A stretch of 24,000 nt of DNA, from assembly GCA_004524445.1 (NCBI GenBank), contig SDNP01000003.1, positions 25,117 to 49,116 on the forward strand, in the 5' to 3' direction. Shown one piece after another: positions 1-7,586 of the stretch; position 1 is the stretch's first letter, and each line of letters begins with the position of its first letter. This DNA is from Candidatus Thorarchaeota archaeon (GTDB taxonomy: Archaea > Asgardarchaeota > Thorarchaeia > Thorarchaeales > Thorarchaeaceae). A program made the position numbers and the translations under genes. The notes beneath the pieces were generated by a model. It saw only the letters and a program-made list of their open reading frames with translations. It was not told where the DNA came from and did no database searches.

Positions 1-65
1 ATCAGACGAGTTGGGGTGCTCCCTTTCATTCCGAGTCTTTGCTTCTTTGCTGGCCAGTCCAATCA

Positions 66-199
66 TCTCCCTGCGCTTCTACTGGGAGAGAGTAGTAGCG
101 CCGTTAGAGTGTAGTACCAATGCAGTGTTTCTCATGGCGTCTGAGAGAACACATCGTAGGTTGGGACGCGTAGTGGGAACTGTCCTCTGCATAGAGGAC
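66..199. ncRNA. Candidate structured RNA (hairpin cluster); identity and strand unresolved
   Basis: Three strong local hairpins lie in a region with no convincing protein. The first is 73-83/91-101 (10 bp plus one mismatch, loop GGGAGAG), and the upstream TCTCCC at 66-71 is complementary to that loop. The second is 125-133/143-152. The third is 182-188/193-199 (a perfect 7 bp stem, loop GCAT). An AT-rich tract and CTTTTCT follow at 231-237. The overlapping 94-aa ORF (11..295) has a Cys/Arg/Leu-rich, non-protein-like sequence. Confidence 0.2.
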
Positions 200-299
200 C
201 TTGGCTTAAGCCGCCCATATGCAAATAAGGCTTTTCTAAATTCGGTAAACATTCTGTTGAATAATATAACAATGGATGAGTTAGTTTTTCATTAATTCG

Positions 300-307
300 T
301 TTAAAAT
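300..307 (+). promoter_or_regulatory. TATA-box-like element (TTTAAAAT) upstream of argS
   Basis: TTTAAAAT resembles the archaeal TATA consensus TTTAWATA. It lies in a very AT-rich tract (231-330) upstream of the argS reading frame. The transcription start was not determined. Confidence 0.3.
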
Positions 308-416
308 TGTTTTACTGTATTTTTTGTGAGTGCAACCGCAATCGTGCGTTTTGGAAAGACGTAGCGTTCTATTTATGAAGGAGAATTTACTTCAAGTAGG
401 CATTGGGCGATTGACT

Positions 417-2330
417 ATGGGTAGTAAACTTCATTCAAAGAATCCGTGGCGGGAGATGGTTCAATCTATCGTAGGAGAAATCGCAGCTGCTGCTAAAATC
501 CCCAGAGAAGAGATTTCGGAGTGTCTTGAAATTCCACCTGATTCAAAAATGGGCGACTTGGCTTGCACCATCGCATTCCAGCTTGCTAAGATTGAGGGGA
601 AAAATCCCGTTCATATCGCGAATGAAATCGCAGAGGAATTACGGAAAGACAAATCGGAGAGTAGCTATATCTCAAGAATCGAGGTAAAAGGCCCGTACAT
701 TAACATCTTTCTAAATAAGGGAATCTTCACAGAGATGGTGCTATCATCAGTTGTAGGGTTAGAGGGAAAGTATGGTAAAACCCAGGAATTCAGCAATAGG
801 CGAGTTATGATCGAGTTTCCCGCGGTCAACCCATCGAAGCCCTGGCATATTGGACATGCAAGAAATGCCGTACTAGGAGACACATTGGGAAACCTTCTCA
901 CCGCGACTGGGCATGATGTCACTCGAATTGACTACATAAACGACCTTGGTCTTCAAATTGCACAGCTAACGTGGAAACTTCTTCAACCCACCCAAACAGA
1001 TGCAGAGGAAAAATACGATTGGTACTTGGGAAGACAATATGTGGATGTTCAGGAGGCTTTCCAAGAAGATCCCGAGGTGGAAAAGGAGGTTCGTGAGATA
1101 GCTCGACAATTAGAGGATTTGAGCTCTAGGGCATCACGAGTTAGTACCGAAATGGTGACCAAATGCGTCAAGGCACAAAATCAGACAGCCTACACCCTAG
1201 GAATATATCATGACTACCAAGTCTGGGAGAGCACGCTCTCCCATAGTGGACTTCTAAGCCAAGCCAAGGAGATGGTGCTTGAAGCAGAGAGTATCTTTGT
1301 GATGGAATCAGGAGAGAAAGAGGGCTGCGTTGTAGCACGATTGGACAGCCTTGATGAATTCAAAGAGATGAAAGACCCATTAAAGGTACTATTTCGGTCG
1401 GATGGTACTCGAACCTATACCGGAGCTGATGTTGCACTCCAAATGTGGAAGTTCGGAATTTTATCCGATCCATTTCGTTATTCAGTATTTGAGATGCAAC
1501 CTAACGGCAAACGAGTCTACAGAACAGCCTTAGACGGAGAAAAGAGAGATTTGGGCACCTTTGACTCCGTGTTTAATGTCATAGGTGCAGCACAAGCACA
1601 TCCCCAACGCCTTATCTACGCCATTCTTGAGCTCCTCGGCTATGAGGAAGAAAGCACAAATTCGCATCATGTGGCCTATGAGTTTGTGGGCCTTGAAGAT
1701 GAGGACTTTTCAGGCAGGAAAGGAACATGGATTGGGTATTCGGCTGATGAGGTGATAGAAAAAGCAAAGACTCTCGCTAAGAAAGAGGTAGCTAAGAGAA
1801 ATCCGGAAGAGGACGAGGAATTCTTCGAAAATGTTGCCTCTAGAATAGCGGCAGGAGCAGTCAGATATTTTCTACTCAATGCTTCACCGGATAGGAAAAT
1901 CACGTTTCGATGGTCTGAAGCTCTGGATTTCAATGGTGATGCTGCGCCGTACCTGCAATATTCACTAGCTAGAGCCCAAAGAATTCTCGAGAAGCAGGAT
2001 ACGGGTGCGAATCAACAGAGAGCATCATCAGTATTATCTGAGGACGCAGAATTTGAATTGGTCAAATCAATCAGCCGTTTGGCAGACGAAATTATAGAGG
2101 TGGTTGACGGGTTGAAGAAGCATACGTGGGGGACCAGTTTCCAGACTAGTCGAATTACTGCTTACTGCTATCAGTTGGCAACGCAGTTCAGCAAGTTCTA
2201 TGATACCTGTCCGGTTCTGCAGGCGGATGAAGAAGTGAAACAAGCGCGATTGTATCTAGTCAAGGCATTCAAAATCGCCATGACCAACTGTCTTCGTTTG
2301 CTTGGAATACCAATCATTGAACGAATGTAG
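417..2330 (+). CDS. argS: Arginyl-tRNA synthetase (class I)
   Basis: The class I HIGH-type signature is PSKPWHIGHARNAVLGD. An ArgRS N-terminal-domain-like KMGDLACTIAFQLAK is present. FSGRKG sits in the position of the KMSKS loop, as in ArgRS (MSTRKG-like). There is a long C-terminal helical anticodon-binding region. The ORF is open from GTG 330. ATG 417 (MGSKLHSKNPWREMV...) gives the N-terminal length expected for ArgRS, and ATG 375 is also possible. Confidence 0.9.
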   Translation: MGSKLHSKNPWREMVQSIVGEIAAAAKIPREEISECLEIPPDSKMGDLACTIAFQLAKIEGKNPVHIANEIAEELRKDKSESSYISRIEVKGPYINIFLNKGIFTEMVLSSVVGLEGKYGKTQEFSNRRVMIEFPAVNPSKPWHIGHARNAVLGDTLGNLLTATGHDVTRIDYINDLGLQIAQLTWKLLQPTQTDAEEKYDWYLGRQYVDVQEAFQEDPEVEKEVREIARQLEDLSSRASRVSTEMVTKCVKAQNQTAYTLGIYHDYQVWESTLSHSGLLSQAKEMVLEAESIFVMESGEKEGCVVARLDSLDEFKEMKDPLKVLFRSDGTRTYTGADVALQMWKFGILSDPFRYSVFEMQPNGKRVYRTALDGEKRDLGTFDSVFNVIGAAQAHPQRLIYAILELLGYEEESTNSHHVAYEFVGLEDEDFSGRKGTWIGYSADEVIEKAKTLAKKEVAKRNPEEDEEFFENVASRIAAGAVRYFLLNASPDRKITFRWSEALDFNGDAAPYLQYSLARAQRILEKQDTGANQQRASSVLSEDAEFELVKSISRLADEIIEVVDGLKKHTWGTSFQTSRITAYCYQLATQFSKFYDTCPVLQADEEVKQARLYLVKAFKIAMTNCLRLLGIPIIERM

Positions 2331-2331
2331 T

Positions 2332-3678
2332 CTATCCCGACGTAATCCTTGCCGTTTCTAGGACGACGCTTGGACTCTTGATTGAAAATGTAGTGCGAGT
2401 ATCAGCTCCAACAAGAGATATTCGCTTCAACAAGTCCCGCATGTTTATTCCAATAAGGGTATTCTTCAGAGGGTGTTGAATTTCGCCGTTCTCAATATAT
2501 GACCCCTCCATAATCATTGCACTCAGCTCCCCCGTGGTCATATTGGGGCGATCTGCGGTATTGCGACAAAGAACGCCTTGATCAATCTCTGAAATCAGAT
2601 CGTCAACTGTTCCGTGTCCAGGTGCTACAATGAAGTTGGATGTCGATATGCCTGGGAGTCCAGCATATGACGGACGGGTAGCATTTGCTGTGTTATCCAC
2701 TCGGTCCTTGTTTGCAGTATAGGAATTGTGAAGGTAGTTCTTGAGAACTCCCGCTTCCATGATAGATGTCCTCTGAGACCGAACTCCTTCTGCATCAAAT
2801 GGCCTCGAACCGATTCCGCCTTCCAGAGTACCATTATCGGTGATTGTTAATTCAGAAGAACCAATCATTGAACCAATATCATCAGAAACATATGACCGAC
2901 CATATTGGATTTCCTCTGCGTCAAGTGCGCCTGCAAATCCCAGACCAATTATAGAACTGACCGCAAGAGGCGTTAGAATGACGGGTAGCATACCCCCCTC
3001 AATTGTTTTTGGTCCCAGATTAGCTAAGGCAGACTTCGCAGATTCCTCTCCAACCCAATGGGGGTCAATGTCATTCATCTTTCTCGTTACTTGGAATTCA
3101 TATCCTGATGTCTGCTGCCCAGATTCCTTTATTGTGGGATATGTATACAAGTACGCAATCGTGCTCTTGGTACTACTCTCAATGCCTAGCGAATTCACAA
3201 TAGCTCTTTCATTGATCCGAATTGTTATTTTCCCCTCTATGGCGGGATTTCTTCCATCAAGAACGTTAAGTGCCGAGTCAACTGCTGCAATCATCAACTC
3301 TGCTGCCTCGTCAGCATTCACTTTACTCATAGTCGAATCAAATAGTCCGGAGATAGTAGGATAAGAACTCTGCTCGTAGGGAAGTGTAACAAAATCAGGG
3401 TCCGGAATCGAGTTTTTTGCAAGCTCAGCAGACTTTCTGCCTGCAGTAGCTACTTCCTTGGGGTTAAGATTGGTTACATAAGCAAATCCAATTTTCTTGT
3501 CTACTATTGACCGAATGCCACAACCCTGATCTAAGCTATCCTCTGCTCCTTTTACTGCGGAATTCTCTACCTCGATTTGAAAGGACTTGGTAGAGGATAC
3601 ATATGCTTCCGACTGTTGAGCTCCTTCCTTCTCGGCAACGCGAAGGGCTTTATTTGCCACATCGTAGAGGGTACTCAT
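2332..3678 (-). CDS. pmbA: PmbA/TldE-family protein (partner of the TldD metalloprotease)
   Basis: The family pattern includes GCGIRSIVDKKIGFAYV and SRPFDAEGVRSQRTSIMEAGVLKNYL. The C-terminal region reads SAMIMEGSYIENGEI...LIGINMRDLL. The protein has no HExxxH motif. Its ATG abuts the tldD stop codon (TAG-ATG junction at 3676-3681), indicating one operon. Confidence 0.85.
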   Translation of the reverse strand: MSTLYDVANKALRVAEKEGAQQSEAYVSSTKSFQIEVENSAVKGAEDSLDQGCGIRSIVDKKIGFAYVTNLNPKEVATAGRKSAELAKNSIPDPDFVTLPYEQSSYPTISGLFDSTMSKVNADEAAELMIAAVDSALNVLDGRNPAIEGKITIRINERAIVNSLGIESSTKSTIAYLYTYPTIKESGQQTSGYEFQVTRKMNDIDPHWVGEESAKSALANLGPKTIEGGMLPVILTPLAVSSIIGLGFAGALDAEEIQYGRSYVSDDIGSMIGSSELTITDNGTLEGGIGSRPFDAEGVRSQRTSIMEAGVLKNYLHNSYTANKDRVDNTANATRPSYAGLPGISTSNFIVAPGHGTVDDLISEIDQGVLCRNTADRPNMTTGELSAMIMEGSYIENGEIQHPLKNTLIGINMRDLLKRISLVGADTRTTFSIKSPSVVLETARITSG

Positions 3679-5103
3679 CTACATCCCTCCAACGGGGACA
3701 TTACGAATTCGTGCATGTGGGCCTCCACTCATATCGGGAACCACTTGACCACCTTTTCCACAGTTTCCTGCGTCCAGTTCAAAATCAGATGCGATTCCGT
3801 CTACCTTTGCCAGAATATCTAGGATGTGACCTGCAATAGATACATCTCTCACCATCTGGCCGACATCACCATTTTCAATCAAATACCCATGGCTTGCCTG
3901 GAACATGAATTGACCCTTTGCCGGTTCAGTATAACCATAATTGAATCTACAGAGCAAAATACCGGATTCTGTGTCAGCTATAAGTTCATCTACGCTCCAA
4001 TCACCGGGTTCCATGTAGGTATTACTCATTCTAGGAATTGGAGGGTGCATGAACGATTGTGCTCGAGCAGCACCATTGGCGCTCATATCAAGCCTGGAGC
4101 TGGTTTCCAAATCATGCAGCAATTCTGTGAGAACTCCGTCTTTGACTAAGGTCCGTTTTTTGGCTGGAGTTCCTTCCCAATCAAAATCGAAGCTTCCTCG
4201 CTTCCCAGACAATGTCGGATTATCAGTGATATTCAATTGTTCAGGACCTACTGCCTTTCCAACTTTGTCTTCAAGAACAGTGGTATGTGCGGGCCAATTG
4301 TCAGCCTCACAAGCATGGCCAAATGCCTCGTGAACCATCACACCATTGAGAACTGGATCCATGACGACATCGGAAACCCCACCAGGTGCCGCCTCTGAAG
4401 AAAGCAAATTAATGACAAGCTCTGCAGTTGACAATCCTATTGACTGCGCCGCTTCGGATTCAGTGAACTCAAATCCGCTTCTGACACCTATAGAGTTGTA
4501 AGCCCGTCTCCGATTTTTCCCATCCTTGGCAGTCAATGAAGAAATGATTCTTGGCAGTGAGTTTTCGGTGTATATGGAAGTCCCAAGTGAATTTGCAACA
4601 TAGAGCTCAGTTTCGAGGTCACCATATATAGTGCGGGTGTTAACAATCCGTTCATCATATGACTGTGCTTGGTCATCAATATCCTTAGCAAAATTGATTT
4701 TGTCTTCAAAGTGGATGTCTGAAAATGGAAGCTTGACTGAAAGCGGAGCTCTAGCCCGATTTGAGGTGCCATCTATTTCGAAATGGGCAGAAACCTTCTC
4801 TCGCGTAGCTAGTGCTAATTTCGCAACTGATGTCCCGGCCTTCTTCATGCCTCTCCTAGTCAGGTCTGTGGTTTGACTGAATCCCCAAGAGCCATCAACA
4901 AAAGCTCGTATTCCCGCACCCTTTAGATGAGCAGCAATAGACCGTTTTGTGACGCCATCATTGATTTCAATGATTGTGGTTTGAGTATCTTCCAAACGAA
5001 TATCAACAAAGTCGATGCCCTCGTTTAGAGCAGCAGCAATTGCCGCGTTGGCCAAGTCCTCCATTTTGGTATCGTCCTGCTCTTCGTTTGCAGGACCTGA
5101 CAT
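3679..5103 (-). CDS. tldD: TldD-family Zn metalloprotease
   Basis: The HExxxH motif is present in VHEAFGHACEAD. Further TldD-like motifs are FDFDWEGTPAKKRTLVKDGVL and GNCGKGGQVVP near the C-terminus. The start is placed at ATG 5103 (MSGPANEE...), with ATG 5064 as an alternative. The longer ORF to 5457 has a non-protein-like N-terminus and would overlap the divergent gene at 5211. Confidence 0.88.
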   Translation of the reverse strand: MSGPANEEQDDTKMEDLANAAIAAALNEGIDFVDIRLEDTQTTIIEINDGVTKRSIAAHLKGAGIRAFVDGSWGFSQTTDLTRRGMKKAGTSVAKLALATREKVSAHFEIDGTSNRARAPLSVKLPFSDIHFEDKINFAKDIDDQAQSYDERIVNTRTIYGDLETELYVANSLGTSIYTENSLPRIISSLTAKDGKNRRRAYNSIGVRSGFEFTESEAAQSIGLSTAELVINLLSSEAAPGGVSDVVMDPVLNGVMVHEAFGHACEADNWPAHTTVLEDKVGKAVGPEQLNITDNPTLSGKRGSFDFDWEGTPAKKRTLVKDGVLTELLHDLETSSRLDMSANGAARAQSFMHPPIPRMSNTYMEPGDWSVDELIADTESGILLCRFNYGYTEPAKGQFMFQASHGYLIENGDVGQMVRDVSIAGHILDILAKVDGIASDFELDAGNCGKGGQVVPDMSGGPHARIRNVPVGGM

Positions 5104-5210
5104 TATAACTAATTCGCACTGTGCAGTTGGTAGTGCTAGTATTAGCAGAATAATACACACGTTATTCTTAGAGTATTTTCCTAGTAACGTGATAAGTCGG
5201 AGGCCCGTAT

Positions 5211-6770
5211 TTGACAAAAGGTTCACCATCGAATTATTGTAGCCTTTGTGGCGATAATCGTTCAACGCATATGTGCGAGGACTGTGGTACTTTGCTATGC
5301 ACAAATTGCCTTGATACGAAGTCAAGTGAGTACACAATGTGCGCAGAATGCCACCATAACCTTGGAAGGATTCCAACGGGCGAAGAACCGAAAACATGTT
5401 CTGAGTGTGACTCAGAGAGCTTTGTAACGGCAAAACGCATTGAGGAAATATGTCCAAAATGCTACTCGACTCGAATTGTGGGAATTGAAGAAAAACGAAG
5501 AGCGCTAGCTCACGAACTGCGAAGTGCAGTAATGAACATTCATTACGGTCACACTAAACTTAGAGAGTTCAATGCTAGGCTCGCTTCCGCGAAGAGAATT
5601 CTTGTTTCATTGAGAATGGCGAATTTTCTTGGCTTCAAGTGGTTTGAAGATAGGATTGAACAGATTCAAGACGAGTTCATAGCTATCAAGAACCGTGTTA
5701 CAAATCAAGCAGAGATAGTAGCAAAGAAGATGCTCGCAGAAACAAAAGGTCTCATAGATTACCAAGCATGGGAGACTGGTCAATTTCCGTTTGTTGAAGG
5801 TGTAACCAACCGTGTAAGCCATATCGGACGACAATACAAGAGCAATATTGATGACGCACTCCATGGATTGGAATTGGATTTAGGTGAACTGACTGAGCAT
5901 CTAGAAGGTCTTGATTACTATAGAAAGCATTTCGCAGGATTTTACGAGTATTCAGATCTATCAGTGAACGAACTTCCTGTGTGTGCGATTCCCGAAATCA
6001 AACTAAGCGGGAGCGACTTCCTAAAACACGACAAGGCTACAGGAATACTGTATATCACAAATAAGCGATTAATATTCATTGCAGAAACTGGCATGGTACG
6101 CAAAAAGACAGAGGTCGTATTTGACTTCCCGTTAGTCTACCTAAAATCTCTGGAAGAAGATGGGAGGTTCAGGAAGCGTCTGGTATTGAAGCTAAAACAG
6201 GGCGATGTACGAGTTGATTGTGACGAACAAACAGAACAGGTTCTCTCAGACTACATACAGATTGCAAAGAAGTTTGATCGGTACGTGCAAGATGATATGC
6301 ACCGAGTACGAAAGATTGAGGCGACCAGTGTTAATGTCAGCGATGTGAGACTGAAAATCGAGGAACTAGTTTACTCGATTTTATCCACTAATCAGCCAAG
6401 CAAAATCCCCGAAACAAAGAGAGGGTACTATGTTCCATACCAGGACCAGGAAAGGCAAAGATGGAACCCACAAAGTAGATACCAGACAAAGCAGAATTAT
6501 GAAGACGAATTGGCTGAGGAGCTCAGGAGGACACTCGGCCATCGAAATGGCAGACGAAGAAGTCAGGGATACGACCTTGGTCTTGAACAATTGAGGAGAA
6601 ATGAGCGAGAACTCCAATCCGCTCTCTCTGAAACTGTCGACCTACTTCGAAGTGGAAGAATAGTACCTGAAGACTTCATAAGAAGATACAGAGGCCTCAT
6701 GCGGGACTCATATAGTATCAGAAAAGAACTAGAGCACTACAATGGTAATACTGAATACCACAAATGGTGA
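5211..6770 (+). CDS. ESCRT-I-like protein: Zn-finger modules, helical region, GLUE/GRAM-like PH domain, Tsg101/Vps23-type stalk and steadiness box
   Basis: The TTG start has GGAGG at 5199-5203 with a 7-nt spacer. Residues 10-49 read C-x2-C-x8-C-x2-C-x4-C-x2-C-x10-C-x2-C-HH. Residues 63-84 read C-x2-C-x14-C-x2-C. Residues ~255-355 contain GILYITNKRLIFIAE...FDFPLVYLKSLEE...RLVLKLK, a PH/GRAM/GLUE-like pattern. Residues ~456-510 (RELQSALSETVDLLRSGRIVPEDFIRRYRGLMRDSYSIRKELEHY) resemble the TSG101 C-terminal steadiness box as recalled from memory. The gene is embedded in the ESCRT cluster. Confidence 0.65.
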   Translation: MTKGSPSNYCSLCGDNRSTHMCEDCGTLLCTNCLDTKSSEYTMCAECHHNLGRIPTGEEPKTCSECDSESFVTAKRIEEICPKCYSTRIVGIEEKRRALAHELRSAVMNIHYGHTKLREFNARLASAKRILVSLRMANFLGFKWFEDRIEQIQDEFIAIKNRVTNQAEIVAKKMLAETKGLIDYQAWETGQFPFVEGVTNRVSHIGRQYKSNIDDALHGLELDLGELTEHLEGLDYYRKHFAGFYEYSDLSVNELPVCAIPEIKLSGSDFLKHDKATGILYITNKRLIFIAETGMVRKKTEVVFDFPLVYLKSLEEDGRFRKRLVLKLKQGDVRVDCDEQTEQVLSDYIQIAKKFDRYVQDDMHRVRKIEATSVNVSDVRLKIEELVYSILSTNQPSKIPETKRGYYVPYQDQERQRWNPQSRYQTKQNYEDELAEELRRTLGHRNGRRRSQGYDLGLEQLRRNERELQSALSETVDLLRSGRIVPEDFIRRYRGLMRDSYSIRKELEHYNGNTEYHKW

Positions 6771-6771
6771 C

Positions 6772-7395
6772 TTATACGCCGAGCTCTTTCTCCAATGATT
6801 TAATCGCTTCTTCTAATTCCTCTGCCTCAGTCATCGGGCGCCCCGATTTGGCAGAGGCTTCAACTTGGGCTGCGGCCTCGATTTCTCTCATGGCCTCATT
6901 TAATTCTTCTGAGGTCACCTCAGCTTCGGTTGTGGAATCGAAAGCTTCGCCCGCAATGCCGCTCTCAATTTCAAACTCCTCCAGACGCATGGCGATCTCG
7001 TCTGCATTTTCGATTACTTTGGATGTATCCGTGGCATCTCCGAGAAGACCCAATATATCTGCTACGTCATCAAGAGCTTTAGATGCCTTTGCAGTGGTTT
7101 GTGCTCGAGTTACATGAGCTAATATCTTCAAGATTTGAAGACGCGACTTGTCAATTGAAAGAGCGAAACGTCTGAACCTCACCATTTCTTGTGCATAGGT
7201 TCGAAATGCTTCCGTGTTTCCGTTCTTTCGTGCCTCGATTGCTCGCGCCTTCGTATCTCGTTCTTCCTTTTCCAACTTGTTTCTCTGTCGTTCAAGCTGC
7301 TTTGATAGAACGCGAAGCTGACTCGTAACTTCGTTGATATCAGGCTTCTTTCGTCCCCATGAGAAGGCTTTCTTGAAGATACCCAATCTGTTCAT
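6772..7395 (-). CDS. ESCRT-III subunit (Snf7/CHMP family, probably Vps2/24/46-like)
   Basis: The 207-aa protein has a basic N-terminal helical hairpin (LRVLSKQLERQRNKLEKEERDTKARAIEARKNGN...) and an acidic C-terminal half. It ends in an amphipathic helix, EELEEAIKSLEKEL, that is MIM1-like. It is transcribed divergently from the Vps4 gene. Confidence 0.85.
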   Translation of the reverse strand: MNRLGIFKKAFSWGRKKPDINEVTSQLRVLSKQLERQRNKLEKEERDTKARAIEARKNGNTEAFRTYAQEMVRFRRFALSIDKSRLQILKILAHVTRAQTTAKASKALDDVADILGLLGDATDTSKVIENADEIAMRLEEFEIESGIAGEAFDSTTEAEVTSEELNEAMREIEAAAQVEASAKSGRPMTEAEELEEAIKSLEKELGV

Positions 7396-7397
7396 CC

Positions 7398-7420
7398 TGA
7401 AGAAGCAAGATTCTTCTTCA
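7398..7420. repeat. Perfect 8-bp inverted repeat immediately upstream of the ESCRT-III start codon
   Basis: TGAAGAAG (7398-7405) and CTTCTTCA (7413-7420) are separated by 7 nt. The nearer arm is 2 nt from the ATG (7395-7393, minus strand). Confidence 0.5.
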
Positions 7421-7586
7421 ATTTGAATACTAAGGATGCCATTTTAACACTTCGCCGTTATCCAAAAGGCGGCTGTATAAGAAGCGGTAGAGCAACATCT
7501 GAAACTAGATTTTTGAAAACTCAGTAGTTTGTGGGCAATACAGAAGCTCTTAACAACCAATACAGCATTTTTCAGACGGGGTAAAA

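Noticed and set aside
1-230. Naming the left-edge region as RNase P RNA (+ strand, GGCTTAAG resembling CR-V) or SRP RNA (- strand, GGGAGCA resembling helix 8).
   Set aside because: Each match is only about 6 nt. The near-invariant ACAGAA of P4/CR-V is not present (AUAGAG instead). The flanking sequence does not give a GNAR-capped helix 8, and the 5' hairpins do not resemble an Alu domain. An identity cannot be assigned by eye.
11-295. A 94-aa ORF on the + strand (TTG start, frame open to the window edge).
   Set aside because: The translation is Cys/Arg/Leu-rich with no recognisable motif. It lies over a hairpin-rich region and has no Shine-Dalgarno motif. It is treated as probably non-coding, although it cannot be excluded that this is the 3' end of a gene starting outside the window.
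330-416. N-terminal extension of argS from GTG 330 or ATG 375.
   Set aside because: The extension (MQPQSCVLERRSVLF...) is not ArgRS-like. ATG 417 gives the expected distance to the conserved N-terminal domain. It remains possible as an alternative start.
5104-5457. A 118-codon N-terminal extension of the tldD ORF.
   Set aside because: The sequence is non-protein-like (CIILLILALPTAQCELVI...). It would overlap the divergent ESCRT-I-like gene and its Shine-Dalgarno motif. TldD homology starts after ATG 5103.
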